From: Octopus sinensis
Taxonomy: Eukaryota
Assembly (NCBI RefSeq): GCF_006345805.1
Contig: NC_042999.1
Coordinates: forward strand, 65,224,001 to 65,288,000
Direction: 5' to 3'
Length of the DNA: 64,000 nt
Part shown: piece by piece, positions 13,871-28,065 of the stretch
Numbering within the stretch: position 1 is the stretch's first letter
How the letters are laid out: each line of letters starts with the position of its first letter
Translations under genes and position numbers: made by a program
The notes under the pieces: model-generated
Told to the model about the DNA's origin: nothing
Databases searched by the model: none
What the model saw: only the letters and a program-made list of their open reading frames with translations

Positions 13871-14363
13871 CCCCCAAGACAGAACTTGCTTTTTATATTG
13901 TGTTTATGTACAAGCTTTTTATCTCTCCATACGTTATATATATTTTAGACGTGTATTTGAATATAACTGTGCGCGTATGGTCATGTGCACGTGTGTGGGG
14001 GCGTGCGTGCGTGTGTGCAGATACACATATGTATACATCGTGTGTGACAGTGTGCGTGCATGCGGGTATGTATATATGTACATCTATTTGTACACATGTA
14101 TGTTTGCATATATATATATATGGGTGAGTAAGCATATACATATAACCACATGTACGTGAGTGTGCGTGTGCGCATGTGTATGTATGTACAGCGCGCATAC
14201 GCGTTTGCTATGGGCATTTTTAATCCTTTGCTTTTTACCTCCTCTCGTTTTTTTCCCCTTATTTAACGGTCATTCTAATGTCTCTTTTGTCTTAATAACG
14301 GTCAATTACATAGTAATTTCCCTTTGCTTAACGGTCATATTCATAGCATATTTTGATTGCATT

Positions 14364-14425
14364 GATAACTGAAGAGATGCCGGAGCAAGTTACCACCCCG
14401 ACATCTGAAACTCGGAGTTTTTTAT
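14364..14425 (+). ncRNA. Type I hammerhead motif (family B) downstream of the PLE ORF
   Basis: GATAA-CTGAAGA-GATG...CATC-t-GAAA-CTC-g-GAG-T-T-TT. Canonical CUGAAGA core. Stem I is weakened by a T-run expansion. The element ends at ATTACAGAT next to (TA)n. Confidence 0.6.
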
Positions 14426-14619
14426 GGCAATCGATATTACAGATATATATATATATATATATATATACATGATTGTGGGGACAAACGAAAGAAATATTCG
14501 CTTAAAACATTTAGTTGGGCTTACATTTTAGGTACCTATAACGAGCCTACTTATGATTGAACGGCATTGTGGCAGAATCAAACTATTTTAGATAACAGCA
14601 ACAACATACACAGAAACCT

Positions 14620-15170
14620 ATATAGATACATACATGCATACATACATGCATACATACATACATGTATACATACATGCATACATACATGCATGCATACATA
14701 CATGCATACATGCATACATTCTTACATACATGCATACATACATACATGCATACATAGTACATACATACATGCATGCAAAGATACATGCATACATACATAC
14801 ATACATGCATACAAACATACATGCATACACACATGCATACATACATGGATGTATACATGCATACATTCATACATACATGCATGTATACATGCATACATGC
14901 ATACATACATGCATACATACATGCATAGATACATGCATACATACATGTATACATACATGCATGCATACATACATGCATACACACATACATGCATGCAAAT
15001 ACATACATGCATACATACATGCATCCATCCATCCATTCATCCAGCCATACATACATACATACATATATACATACATACATATACATACATACATACATAC
15101 ATACATACATACATAGATACATACATGCATGCATGCATACATACATACATACATAGATACGCACACACAT
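14620..15170. repeat. (CATA/CATG)n tetranucleotide array
   Basis: Direct inspection. Confidence 0.95.
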
Positions 15171-15419
15171 ATTAAGTGCTTCAGTCATTGGAATTTTGGT
15201 ACTGCCTTCAAGGAAGATTTCGTCGAACGAATCTACCCCAGTACTTATTCTTTTGAGAACTGGTACTTTCTCTGTCGGTGTGTTTTGAATAATGCTAGGG
15301 TTAATGGCCGTAAGGAAACCAACTACTATTATCAAGTAAAAGACAAATATAAAAGACACTCGCAAATATACGGGTGCTTTTTTCAGTTTTCGCCAACCAA
15401 ATCCACTTACATGTCCTTG

Positions 15420-15510
15420 CTGTTCGGAGGCTACAGTACAAAACACATACCCATAGTGCACGCATTATGTATGAACCCGGAAGCAAGGTTCTTACCACAC
15501 AGCCACTCCT
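15420..15510 (-). mobile_element. SINE S1 head fragment
   Basis: Reverse complement reads GGAGTGGCTGTGTGGTAAGAACCTTGCTTCCGGGTTCA. Confidence 0.7.
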
Positions 15511-16149
15511 GCAATTATATATAACCACATCTACACATACATATTTATTTGAATGTGTATACGTATATACGTATGTATGTACTAGTAAACGATCCTACAA
15601 TGAGTCACTCTATGTCAACGATCTAGCAATTTACGTCTTACTTAATCATCAGCCGCAAATAACACACAACATACTGAGTACAAATCACTACATACGTAAT
15701 CTATACTAAGCAACAAGGCGTGCACTGCAGCGAATATATATATAAAGGTATGGGTGTTTTTGTGAGTAATTCATCCATAAATATCCTTTTTATATGCGGT
15801 TGTTGTCTTTCATGCGTTTATCAAAGAGGTTACTGAAGATTCCCGACATGTTTGTGTGGTGTGGGGGTTTGCTTCCGTTACTATAAATATTATTATTATT
15901 ATTATTATTAGTAGTAGTAGTAGTATTAGTATTATTATTGTAGCATACATGTTTGTGGATGGGTGACTGGTGTTCTTTCATTGTTATAATCTGCGTGAGA
16001 TTCGTTTTCTAGGTTAGACTATATGTAGGTCTTCAAGTTAATATATATTTGCACCTGGGTTTTTCCGTGTAACTGCCTGTATATACACCTATAGTACACA
16101 CACTAACACACATACAAATAACACACAAATGCACACACACTCACACATA

Positions 16150-16312
16150 TACACGTATTTTCTCTCCTTGTTTCTTTCTGTGTTCCTTTCTATGGAAGAG
16201 CGTAGGCTCGAAATGTTAAAGACTTTTTCACTTCCCGAGCGTTATACTAATACATCTGTTTGTTGTCTACATTACCTGTCTTCGTCTTTTGATTTTTTTG
16301 TGAATTCTCCCT
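16150..16312 (+). mobile_element. HHR family A element, decayed copy
   Basis: CCTTT-CTATGGAA-GAGC-gtag-GCTC-GAAA-TG-T-T-AAAGA at 16185-16222. Aligns with 66-290. Confidence 0.6.
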
Positions 16313-17352
16313 ATATATATATTGATAGATAGATAAACAGATAGATAGACACTAATAGAAGTATATTAGGCGCTGTTGAGAGGTATGAAACATGTTTTCC
16401 AACTATATGGTTTTGGTTTCAGTCCTACTGCATATATCCTATTAGCACCTAAAGTGGATTTCCTAGACAGAAACTGAAATAAGCATGTCGTGTACACACA
16501 TACACACACATACACATATATAGTGCACTGTTTGGTGAGAGTAAGAGCAACAAAGCAGTACTCCGTCTGGTGGGAGATAACTATTAAAGGAGACCAACAC
16601 CATGAGGCCACTCCCAGTTGTAACAGTCGAGACCCAGGTAGCTGTCCGCTCGATCAGTGATGTATGATTAAATATGTGATATATATGCCAGAAATTACAG
16701 CAACCCAAGATGATAACACAACCGATAAGAATGTCTATGTGAGAATATGTGAAAGCCGACTTCAAATCACATATTTTCCTTCCGACACAGAAACAAAATC
16801 ATAGCCACGTACGGGGTTTGGAGTCTAACCCTACACAGATACGATAAAGTGGAAAATAGTTGCAAAATTTACACCATATGTTAACGGATCAAAAACATGT
16901 AAGTTACGCTGCTGAATTCTAGGTCCGAAATTTTCAGCGGTTGCAAGTATATGGCAAAGTCCCTGTGGACAAACTGATAAGTACCGCCCTCTTCAGAATG
17001 AGCAGATGTACCGCAGACTTGAGGCCATTATTTTTTCAGCGTAATATTTTACCGGAAATAACTTTAATTACTCACCATTTCCTTCTACTTTTCTTTTTCG
17101 TTTTCTAGTTTTTCAACCTTCCTTCTTTTATATCTACTGTCTTCTTGCTTCTTCTCGATTTTTCTCCCATCCTATCGTCATATTTAGCTTATCATGCCAC
17201 GCCAACAGTGCCAGAAGACTGCACTAACACACCAGACGTGTTAAAAATTACTGCTTGGCATTTTCCCATCGCATGAAGCTAATGGTAACGCATAAAAATA
17301 TATTGTGATTATAAATATATGTATATATATATATATATACATATAATACATA

Positions 17353-17400
<48 letters not shown>

Positions 17401-17436
17401 ATATGTATATATATGTATATATATATGTGTAAGTAT

Positions 17437-17468
<32 letters not shown>

Positions 17469-17554
17469 AAATTAAAATCTCTTTTGTGTTTGAACGTACA
17501 CTGTATACTTCTTTGAATATTATATATATAATATGGGAGAGGAATCGTTGTCCC

Positions 17555-17765
17555 CGTGTTTGTTCTCTGCACCCACCTAACAACCAGTGTTTGAGTGTTT
17601 ATGTCCCCTGCAGCCTAGTGGTTCGGCAAAAGACCGATTGGATAAGTACCAGACATTACAAAGTAAGTACTGGTGTTGTTTCCTTTAATTAAAAGTATTT
17701 ACGGAGGTGCTCCAGCTTGATCGCAGTCTAGTGACAAAAACAGATTAAAGATAAAAGATTGTTCA
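17555..17765 (+). mobile_element. SINE S1 3' half
   Basis: GTGGTTCGGCAAAAGACCGA...AAGTAC...GGAGGTGCTCCAGC. Confidence 0.75.
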
Positions 17766-18586
17766 AATCAGAAATTTCAATTTGCGTACATATCCGTTAT
17801 TAAAATGTTATGTTAATTAAAACTGAATATAGTCAGTAATTACCTAAGTGACTTTTCATACTATTCAAATATTACAGCATACATATTTATGCACACAAAT
17901 GTAGAAATTTTTAACAGTTATATCAATACAGTTAAGTTAATTTAGTTAGTTTTAGTTTTAACGGAAAATTACATATACTAAACAGATAGATTTTTTCTAG
18001 CTCATACAGATATTTCGAACACTTATTCATTACGTGGTCTTTACGATTTGTATTATATTAATAAGGATATCAATGAAAATTGGAGGGAAATGTTTAAAAA
18101 TTTCGTTATGAATGTGAAAGAGGAGCAATCATCTCTATTCTAAGGTGGTTTCGATGACAAATATATGTGATAATTGAATAATTAATTTTATATCTGAAAA
18201 ATATTCAATTGTTAGATAATAATTGACATATATCGTGAGAAAAATGCTACGCAATTTAGATGAGTACATGCATATATTGAAATATAGAGAATTTAATTGA
18301 ATGAAGCCTTCATGTTATGTGAAAGGCTGAAGGAATTATTTTCTATGATTATACGGGGGAAATATCACATCGAAAACGGAAAGAAATTAGAATTATAGGA
18401 AAGCCTGATGGATATAAATGATTGATATTTTGAAAAGCAAAGCAGGAAGAAAAGAACGAATAGCTTTTAATAATACATATCTGTATATGTATATTCATAA
18501 ATATATGTCTGTAAATAGAGAAAGGTAGAAAGAGAGAGAGAAGGTAAGGGAATAAGAGAGACATATAAACATATGAACATACGAAT

Positions 18587-18639
<53 letters not shown>

Positions 18640-18721
18640 GAATTATTGCCCTCTTATATTTATATATCTATAAGTATGTGTGTGTATGTATATATATATG
18701 TATATATATATATATATATAT

Positions 18722-18953
18722 ATCTGTAAAATAATATGTGACAATTATTCGGCAGCCAAGATAAAACTCTGAGTTTCGGATGTCAAGGTGGAAATCCACA
18801 CTATCATCTTTTCGGTTATCTGGATTTTTCACCTCGGCATCCGAAACTCAGATTTTTTCTTGGCTGCCGAATAATTGTCACATATTATTTTACAGATAAA
18901 TTCCTCTATTTTCATAATATTGAGGTATCTTTCTTATCTTACCGTTTTTACCA
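18722..18953. mobile_element. Inverted dimer of HHR family B in (TA)n
   Basis: Left arm 18722-18821 is the reverse complement of the right arm. HHR on - at 18760-18820: GATAA-CCGAAAA-GATG..CATC-c-GAAA-CTC-a-GAG-TT-TTATC. The right arm carries the longer tail. Confidence 0.8.
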
Positions 18954-19021
<68 letters not shown>

Positions 19022-19959
19022 CACGCACAGAGACAGACACAGACATGCGCACACACACATTTGTATATATATATACTTATATAAAGAATTAGATACATAT
19101 TTACATATATAATATATATAATTTTTGTATGTATGTACGTATGTACGTATGTATATTTGCATTACGTGTGTATATGCATTTACGAGATTTACTGCCAATC
19201 TGGAAATCGAAGGACCTTGGAATTTGTGAAGTTATGCTTATAGACTTTAGGAATGTGTATTTACTAGATTACTTAAATGTCTGGAAGTAAATATTAGAAA
19301 GGTCAGAATAAATGGAATCAATATAGGTAAGTCGGAGATAATTTAAAGTGTATATGTATAGGACAAACCCTACGGAATGATTTTTTTGAAAATGTTTTAT
19401 ACATGCTTATAGGCATACATATTCTTTTATTTTGGTATTGTAATAAAATGGGAAGTAATTTTTTGAAAATTGATTACCTTCTGGGAAATTTGAAATTCTT
19501 CAAAATATATGTGCGCGCGTGTATTTGTGTGTGTGTGTGTGTTTATGTATGTATACAGGCATACACACACACACACACGTATATGTATATGCTTGTATAT
19601 ATGTTTTTTAATATATTCATAAGTACATAAATGCGTACATACATTAACACATACATTCAAACACAGATACGCACACTTATATACATATTTATGTACACAT
19701 GCATGCAAATATATCACATATATATACTTATATGTATTAAGAGATATATAGAAAAAGAAATATTGATATATAGGCGAACAATTCAAATTGACATTCTCAC
19801 AATTTTGCAATACATAAATTATATTTTTTTTAGGATTCAGTGAATGCCGAATCTTCTTGAGACGTTGCACTGAGTTTCACAAGCAGTATATCATTCAGTA
19901 TCCTCATTTTTTAGCCAGAAAGGAGGGGTGGCCCTTTAGCACAGTAATACTGCTCGCCC

Positions 19960-20029
19960 AACACATACATACATACACACATACATACATACATACACAC
20001 ATACATACATACACACACACATACATACA

Positions 20030-20063
<34 letters not shown>

Positions 20064-20093
20064 CATACATACATACATACATACATACATACA

Positions 20094-20129
<36 letters not shown>

Positions 20130-20130
20130 T
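19960..20130. repeat. (CATA)n array
   Basis: Direct inspection. Confidence 0.95.
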
Positions 20131-20134
20131 ATAT

Positions 20135-20290
20135 TTGCTCGTACTTCTCGAGATGTTTGCTCACTGTTCTCAGGGCTCCGACAATTATTGGTACTACTGC
20201 TACCTTATTCGTCGACCACAACTGCTTAACTTCCCAAGCTAACATGTCATATCTCTCAACTTTTCTTTCTTCGTGATCACATACCTCATA
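20135..20290 (-). pseudogene. R4/Dong/Rex6-clade LINE restriction-like endonuclease fragment
   Basis: EERKVERYDMLAWEVKQLWSTNKVAVVPIIVGALRTVSKHLEKY matches the E..K..KY..L..E...W....VVP.V.GALG motif. Confidence 0.8.
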
Positions 20291-20294
20291 CCAT

Positions 20295-20304
20295 ATTATT
20301 ATCA

Positions 20305-20366
<62 letters not shown>

Positions 20367-20400
20367 GTTATTATTACTACAACAACAAATACTACTGCTG

Positions 20401-20442
<42 letters not shown>

Positions 20443-20470
20443 TCATTATTATTATTGTTATTATTAAACT
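20295..20470. repeat. (ATT)n/(ACT)n trinucleotide array
   Basis: Direct inspection. Confidence 0.95.
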
Positions 20471-21699
20471 CAACAAAGATACCTTATTAAACTCAACAAA
20501 GACTGCTTAGTTGTGAAACCTTACCAATTTATCGAACTAGTCTACAAATTTAGAATGGGTATGTCTATTTTTAGTTGTATCATTTTCTCTCAGTTATTCT
20601 CGCTTCATCTAATGAAGGTCGATCTGTTAAATGGCTTACATGAGGACATTTATGAAGAAACTTCTGCCGAAGCTCTGTTAGAGTTAAGATAAGGCAACTC
20701 AACATTATACTGTTCTGCACTGAAATTTACATTAATCTTTTGAGATAAATTATTATAAATCCTTTTTCTGGAAATTTTCATAGATAATTTTTTGTGAAAC
20801 TGCCATTGGATAACGAAAATAATAATTAAATTTTGGCAATTATCTTTCTCAGTAGTACGCTTCTGTAAGTAATTTTATATTCAATTCTTTTTTATTATTT
20901 CTGTATTTCTCTGTCAATTTCTCTTTTTATCTTCTACTTCGCTCTTTCTTTCTTCCTCTACCTCTAATCTGCATCAGTCTATCTGTATATATATCTCTGC
21001 GTGATTCTTTTATGAGGAGATCATCACATGCTCACAATTGCACGTACACAAATATATGATATGAGCCGGAGAGGGGTATTTTTGCTACTCAAAGTTAATC
21101 AAAAATGAAAATTTTTCCAGGCCTTTCTACTTTATTTAATCAGGATTGAAATGCGATTGGCTTCTTTTCTTAAATTCTAATTCAACCTGTCAACATAAAT
21201 TTGAATTAGTTTTCTGTAGCTATTGCAGGGTGTCTCTGGGGGCGGGGGACGTGCTAATTGTATGGGGATATATAAGCTAATCCTAAATGTTAGAGCAACA
21301 CTTGCCCTCTCTCTCATATAATGTCACAATGATCTTCAAAATGGGCTGCACTGTTCATTCCACGCTGCCATGAAAGTCAAGTAAATATATTACATGGTAT
21401 GAGAACTTGACACTTGTGCCGCCGCTTCTCGCAATTCTGAAAGGGTTTTATTCACAAGGCTGCTGCCATGCCGGTGCTGACCTCTATGCTTTACTCTTCT
21501 CGTCAGAGTCGAACGTGTAAAAAGGTCAGTGATATAATAAGAGTAAACTCAATTTGACGGACAATTTATCCTCAGTACAATGCACCAATTTTGGTGAATG
21601 CAGTTTTAACTTCCCTTGGATAAATGCGATCGACAATAGCTCATTATCTGCAAAAAAAGAGGCTTGTATCTACTCGTATACTCTTACTCTTTTTTACTC

Positions 21700-21880
21700 T
21701 TTTACATATTTCGGTCATATTGACTGCGGCCTTGCTAAAGCAACGCCTTTAGTCGAGCAAAGCGACCCCAGGACTTATCATTTGTAAGCCAAGTACTTAT
21801 TCTATCGGTCACTTTTGCCGATCCGCTAAGTTACGGGGACGTAGACACACCGGCTTCGGTTGTCAAGCGATGTTGGGGAC
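21700..21880 (-). mobile_element. SINE S1 3' half
   Basis: TTGACTGCGGCC...GACCCCAGGACTTA...AAGTACTTATTCTATCGGTC. Confidence 0.8.
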
Positions 21881-22659
21881 ACACACAAACACAAACATAC
21901 ACACACATACACACACGCACACACACGCACGCACACACACACACACTCACATACACACACATACGCACACACACACACTCACATACACACACACACACAC
22001 ACACACACCCGGAAACATGTTGGTAAACAAGCTACTAACCACACAGCCAGCCCTGCGCCTTTATAGTATAAATTCTAAATTCTAAATATCCATAATATAA
22101 TAGAAAAAATTGCATATTTCACTAATGTAGATGTGATAGCAGATGAAAGTAAACTAAACATTTCCGTAAGGAGACACACCTTTGGTACCATGAGTCTTTG
22201 AGGGAACTCCTATATGATCCCGTAAATTGATAGAAATCGCCCTTGAGTCATATACAACTATTTTAAAAGTAAAGGAAATACTTATAAATGCGTAGCCTGG
22301 AAGCACTATGAATGAATATAAAATTGGTTGTCTTCCGTAATATGTCTGCCGATCCGCACTCATGTAGCGACAAAGCCAAATAATACCAACAAGAACAACA
22401 CAAACATCTACAATAACAAGAGTTACACATCAAATCAAAAAACAAAGTCTTCCCTTCAAATATTTATCATTGAAATTCTTTTGACGCTCACATGCTGACA
22501 ATGTGTCGGTTGTCCAATGAACGTTCCCGTGAATTAAACGTGTTAAGACAATGTTCATTTTTATCCATTGTAAGATTTCTTTGCGGACTGTCGCGCATAA
22601 GTTCCGCCTGAGCATAGGAAGCACGGAATTGGCCACGCAGTTTCTTTTACACTTGGAGT

Positions 22660-22753
22660 CTCATATGGGCAAATCTGTTACTATAGTCTCGGGTCGACCA
22701 AGATCTTGTGAGTAGGCTTTTGGTAGAGGGAAAAAAAACAAACAATATATAGA

Positions 22754-22788
<35 letters not shown>

Positions 22789-22995
22789 CTGTACTTGCTA
22801 CCCATCATCGCTTGACAACCGATGTCGGTGTGTTTACGTCCCTGTAAGATAGCAATTCAGGAAAAAGACCGATAAAATAAGTACTAGGTTTACAAAGAAT
22901 AAGACTTAGGATCGATTTCTTTGACTAAAACTCCTTGAAGACAGAACTTCAGCATGGCTGCAGTCAAGTGACAGAAAGAAGTAAAAGAACACAAG
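22660..22995 (+). mobile_element. SINE S1, 5'-truncated
   Basis: CTATAGTCTCGGGTCGACC, GCTTGACAACCGATG, CAGCATGGCTGCAGTC. Confidence 0.8.
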
Positions 22996-23399
22996 AAGAT
23001 ATATATATATATCAAAAGTAGAAACATAACAAACGTAAATCGTCAAAACAACAAGCAGTAAAAGGACGATGGTATAACAACCTCAGACAGAACAACACAA
23101 GATACACGGATCATTTGCAACCAATTGCTTCTTCAGTCGGAGTCTGGAGTGTCCTCGTAGTTCCGATCAATCCTCTCCGATACTACTTGAAACCAGTTAG
23201 ACCAAGGGCTTAAGTTGAAGGCATTAAGCCCCTATATGTATATGCTTACAAATATATATACACACACACACGCATATATATATATATATATATATACATA
23301 CATACATATAGATATATATGTATATATATATATATATACATACATACATATAGATATATATGTGTGTGTGTGCCTGTGTCTATGTATATCTTTAGGATA

Positions 23400-23620
23400 T
23401 GAATATATGCCACTTGCTCCGTCAGTTAAGTCGAGGAAGCTTCCAGTTGATCTAATCCATCGAACGGTCTGCTTGTGAAATTAATATGCAAGTGGCTGAG
23501 TTCTCTACAGACACATGTACCCTTAATTTAGTTCTCAGGGAGATTCAACGTCACGCGGAATATGACAAGGCCGGCCCTATTAAATATAAGTACCATTCAA
23601 ATATGTTAGCTGAGGAAGAA
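23400..23620 (-). mobile_element. Fragment of another SINE-like interspersed repeat
   Basis: GTGGCTGAG...ACAGACACATGTACCCTTAA...TTCTCAGGGAGATTCA resembles a common Octopus repeat, from recall only. Single copy here. Confidence 0.4.
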
Positions 23621-23718
23621 ACGTGAAATAAATTGTCTTTCTCAAGTACACAACGCGTCGCCGGGAATTATGACCATGAGCTGAATAGCCTAAACACTAA
23701 TCCAAACGCCTTCAAGCC

Positions 23719-24390
<672 letters not shown>

Positions 24391-24475
24391 TTTATATGTA
24401 GAGGTTGATAGAGTTAGTTAGATGTCTAGATAGATAGACAAATAAATAGAGGGTACTAAATAATTATATATATAC

Positions 24476-24516
<41 letters not shown>

Positions 24517-25244
24517 AAGAACTCGATATATTGAATTATATCTGCATTTATGTATCCCTACACGCACACGCAAATATATACACGGACATATAGAATAAAA
24601 CATCTTCGACTGATAATAGAGGAAGCACCAATTGACAATCTCTAGTTCATTATTTATTATATCTTGATTCCTACTTGTCTAAAGCCAAGGACAGATTTCT
24701 AAACATTTAATTATTGATCAACTACAGGACATTAAAGCGTAGGAAAAGTGACTGGCTCACTGAGAAGAATATTATGTCCAAGCACGCACAGAATACATAG
24801 GGGACGACAAACACACCGTCACGCACGCACTCACACATGCGCACGTATACGTACGTGTAACTATGTTTAATAATATAACAACAGACGTCAATGGATACTC
24901 ATGCGCAGGCTCATATGTGTGTGTGTATGTGTGTGTAATGTACGTACATGTGTGTAACGTACGTACATGTGTGTATGTGTATAGCAACATACATATATGT
25001 TTGTGTGGTGTATGAGCTTTAGTGTAGAGTGAATATACCTGTCCAATGATATACGCCCACTATATATGTATAAATGCATGTATATATGCACACATATATA
25101 CACATGTTTATATATATATATATATATATTTGTATGTGTGTCTGTATGTGTATGCGTGTGTGTGTGTTTATATATATATATATATATAAATGAATGTGTG
25201 TATATATATATATATATAAACATATATATATATATGTGTATATG

Positions 25245-25440
25245 CCCTTGTGTCTCTGTTCTCTCAGCATAGCTTGATAACTGATGTTGGTGTGTCTTAG
25301 TGGTTGGGCAGAAGTGGCCGATGGAATAAGTACTAGGCTTACAAAGAAGTCCTGGGATCAATTTCTTCGACTAAAAGGCGGTATTCCAGCATGGCTGCAG
25401 TCAAATCACTGAAGCAAATAAAATAAAAAATAAAAGAATA
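25245..25440 (+). mobile_element. SINE S1 3' half
   Basis: AATAAGTACTAGGCTTACAAAGAA...AAGGCGGTATTCCAGCATGGCTGCAGTC. Confidence 0.85.
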
Positions 25441-25444
25441 TATC

Positions 25445-25478
<34 letters not shown>

Positions 25479-25614
25479 CCTGTATCGATGCGTGTGTGTG
25501 TATTTGCGTATGTGTGTAAGTGTGTGTGTTTCTGTATATATTCTTTTCTACTCTAAGCACAAGGCCTGAAAACTTTGGGGAGGGATCCTGTCGATTAGAT
25601 GGATCCCCCATTAC

Positions 25615-26052
25615 GCAACTGGTACGTAACGGCAGACGAAATGCCTATTTCTTTACTAATCACAAGGAGTTAAACACAGAGGGGACAAACAAGGACAGAC
25701 AAACGGACTAAGTCGTTTACATCGATCCCGGTGAGAAACTGGTTCTTAATTTATCGACCCCGAAAGGATGAAAGGCAAAGTCGACCTCGGCGGAATTTGA
25801 GCTCAGAACGTAGCGGCAGACGAAATACCTATTTCTTTATTACCCACAATGAACTAAAAACAGAGAGGACAAACAAGGACAGACAAAGAGATTAAGTCGA
25901 TTATATCGACCCCAGTGCGTAACTGGTACTTATTTGATCGACCCATGAAACGATGAAAGGCAAAGTCGACCTCGGTGGAATTTGAACTTAGGACGTAACG
26001 GCAGACGAAACACCGCTCAGGATTTCGCCCGGCGTGCTAATGTTTCCGTCAG
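25615..26052 (-). mobile_element. SINE family S2, head plus tandemly repeated body
   Basis: Period of about 184 bp. The junction AAAGAAATA|GGTATTTCG recurs at about 25830 and 25646. Confidence 0.85.
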
Positions 26053-26404
26053 ATGTTTCCGTGTATACAAACATGAAGAAATACAAATATTTGTTTGCGA
26101 AAGAATGACTAATGCAAACACAATCAGCATGATATATATAACGTCTCTTTGAACTGCTGCTTTGAATTTAAATTCGAAATATCTTCCAAACCAGTTGCTA
26201 CAGCAGCCATAGATCTGCACCCTTTGACTGTTTGCCAATGTTTGACCAATTAAACTAGAGAAGTCCAAAATGTTTTCTCTGGTCGCCTATTTAGTGGTAA
26301 TGATAATAATCACGTATTACTAGGTGGATAATAAACCGCATCAATAGTGATATTTAAGCTCTGCTTGTTACTACTAAATAACGTACGTATACACACACAC
26401 ACAT

Positions 26405-26462
<58 letters not shown>

Positions 26463-26867
26463 ACACACACACAAACACATACACACACATATTCAGTTGC
26501 CGGATTCGTTAGTCAGATATATATATATGTATATATATAAATAAATTTTATACACATTAGGGTCTAGAGAAAGAAGCTGCCTTCTCAACTAGGTTATACA
26601 CAATTAATTAACACATACACAACCCTTGCGCCTCAGTGTTCGTCGTCTGCACAAAGTGATTTTTCACAAAGTTCTCTGGAGTATACGTCATTATTTTACA
26701 ACACATCGAACTTCGGTAGAATATCCTAATAAATACTCTCTGGACTAAACGCAATTTCATTTTTGCTGATTAACGAAAAATATATAGGTATATACAAACA
26801 TGCATACATACATACGTATATATATATATGTGTGTGTGTGTGCGTGTGTGTGTGTATTGTGGGGGGA

Positions 26868-27175
26868 GGGGCAGTGGTCCAGTGGTTAGGGCAGCGGACT
26901 CGCAGTCGTAGGATCGCGGTTTCGTTTCCCAGACCGGGCGTTGTGAATGTTTATTGAGCGAAAACACCTAGATCTCCACGAAGCTCCAGCAGGAGGTGGT
27001 GGCGCTCCCTGCTGTACTCTTTCGCCACAACTTTCTCCAACTCTTTCTTCTGTTGGCCTGGTCGATTAGCCAGCGATGTGGCATCATTTGGAGGCTAAAA
27101 CAATGCGAAGCGCATTGTGACCAGCGGTGTGTTGTAGCATCTGATAGCCTGGTCGGTCACGGTGATCATGGTGAT
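26868..27175 (+). mobile_element. tRNA-derived SINE family S3, full length
   Basis: TGGTCCAGTGG A-box and GGTTTCGTTTCC B-box-like head. Ends in GGTGATCATGGTGAT followed by TA. Confidence 0.75.
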
Positions 27176-27189
27176 ATATATATATTTAT

Positions 27190-27465
27190 AGAAATGGTTA
27201 GACAACAAAAGAATAAAAGAAACCTCGATATTATGTAAATAGAGGAATTTATCTGTAAATGTAATATGTGACAATTATTCGGTAGCCATGATAAATCTCC
27301 AAGTTTCGGATGTCGGGGTGGAAATCTTAACGGTCATTTTCATAGCATTTTTTCCGATGACCGGATAACTGGAGAGATGGCGGCGTGGATTTCCACCCCG
27401 ACATCCGAAACTCGGAGTTTTATCATGGCTACCGAATAATTGTCACGTATTACATTTACAGATAT
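27190..27465. mobile_element. Inverted dimer of HHR family B
   Basis: 27250-27326 is the reverse complement of 27388-27465. HHR on + at 27364-27424: GATAA-CTGGAGA-GATG..CATC-c-GAAA-CTC-g-GAG-TT-TTATC. The left arm carries the longer tail. Confidence 0.8.
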
Positions 27466-27636
27466 ATATATATATATATATATATTTTAATGAAATGGAT
27501 AAATGAATTATCTTGTTACGGATTATTCAAATTATAACCGATACCTGGGTAGCAAAAATCACAACAGAAAAATCACGGCTGAGGCTACGACCATGGGGTA
27601 TCGTAACCGTGCCTTAGTGCGGATAATTGAAGTTTT

Positions 27637-28008
27637 ATATTTAGTGAGGGAAGAAATGGAGCTGAACGAAGATTTTACAAAATTCCTTTTTATTATTTTA
27701 TACACATGTTTCAAAGGCTGCAAATTCCCTAATTCGGATTGAATAAGGAGACCATTTTGCAGCATTCTCTTCAGGAAAATCCAGGAACTTAAATCTCCAA
27801 AACAAATGCGCAGCAAGCTTTTCGAACAAACGCTCCCTAGGAGCCCATGGTATGAATGGCACAAGACTGTCTCTCAATATGCGTTGACGTCAGGGTGGGT
27901 GAAGGCCGACGAAAAAGTCCGTTGAGATAATTCGAGGTCAAATTCCGGGTTAACACTGCGCATTTTGAAAAATCTTCGTTCAGCTCCATTTCTTCCCTCA
28001 CTAAATAT
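27637..28008. mobile_element. MITE-like or fold-back element with terminal inverted repeats of about 47 bp
   Basis: ATATTTAGTGAGGGAAGAAATGGAGCTGAACGAAGATTTT at 27637 and its reverse complement ending at about 28008. TA-flanked. Confidence 0.6.
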
Positions 28009-28065
28009 ATATATATATGAGAATATTGTAGTTCGCTTGAAGCATTGTGTATTGTTTGTAAACAA

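Noticed and set aside
15833-15880. CTGAAGA core-like heptamer
   Set aside because: No stem II closure with GAAA.
16925-16996. Minus-strand CTGAAGA-G-GGCGGT...ACCGCT-GAAA-ATTT
   Set aside because: Stem II is plausible but stem I cannot form. Treated as chance or too decayed.
23108-23136. Minus-strand CTGAAGAA-GCAA-ttgg-TTGC-AAATGATC
   Set aside because: G12 is missing and there is no stem I. Possibly a dead family A/D-type motif, but unsupported.
26868-26940. tRNA-like heads of SINEs (also 36660-36729 and about 54270-54350)
   Set aside because: No complete cloverleaf, and each continues into a SINE body or non-tRNA sequence. Not tRNA genes.
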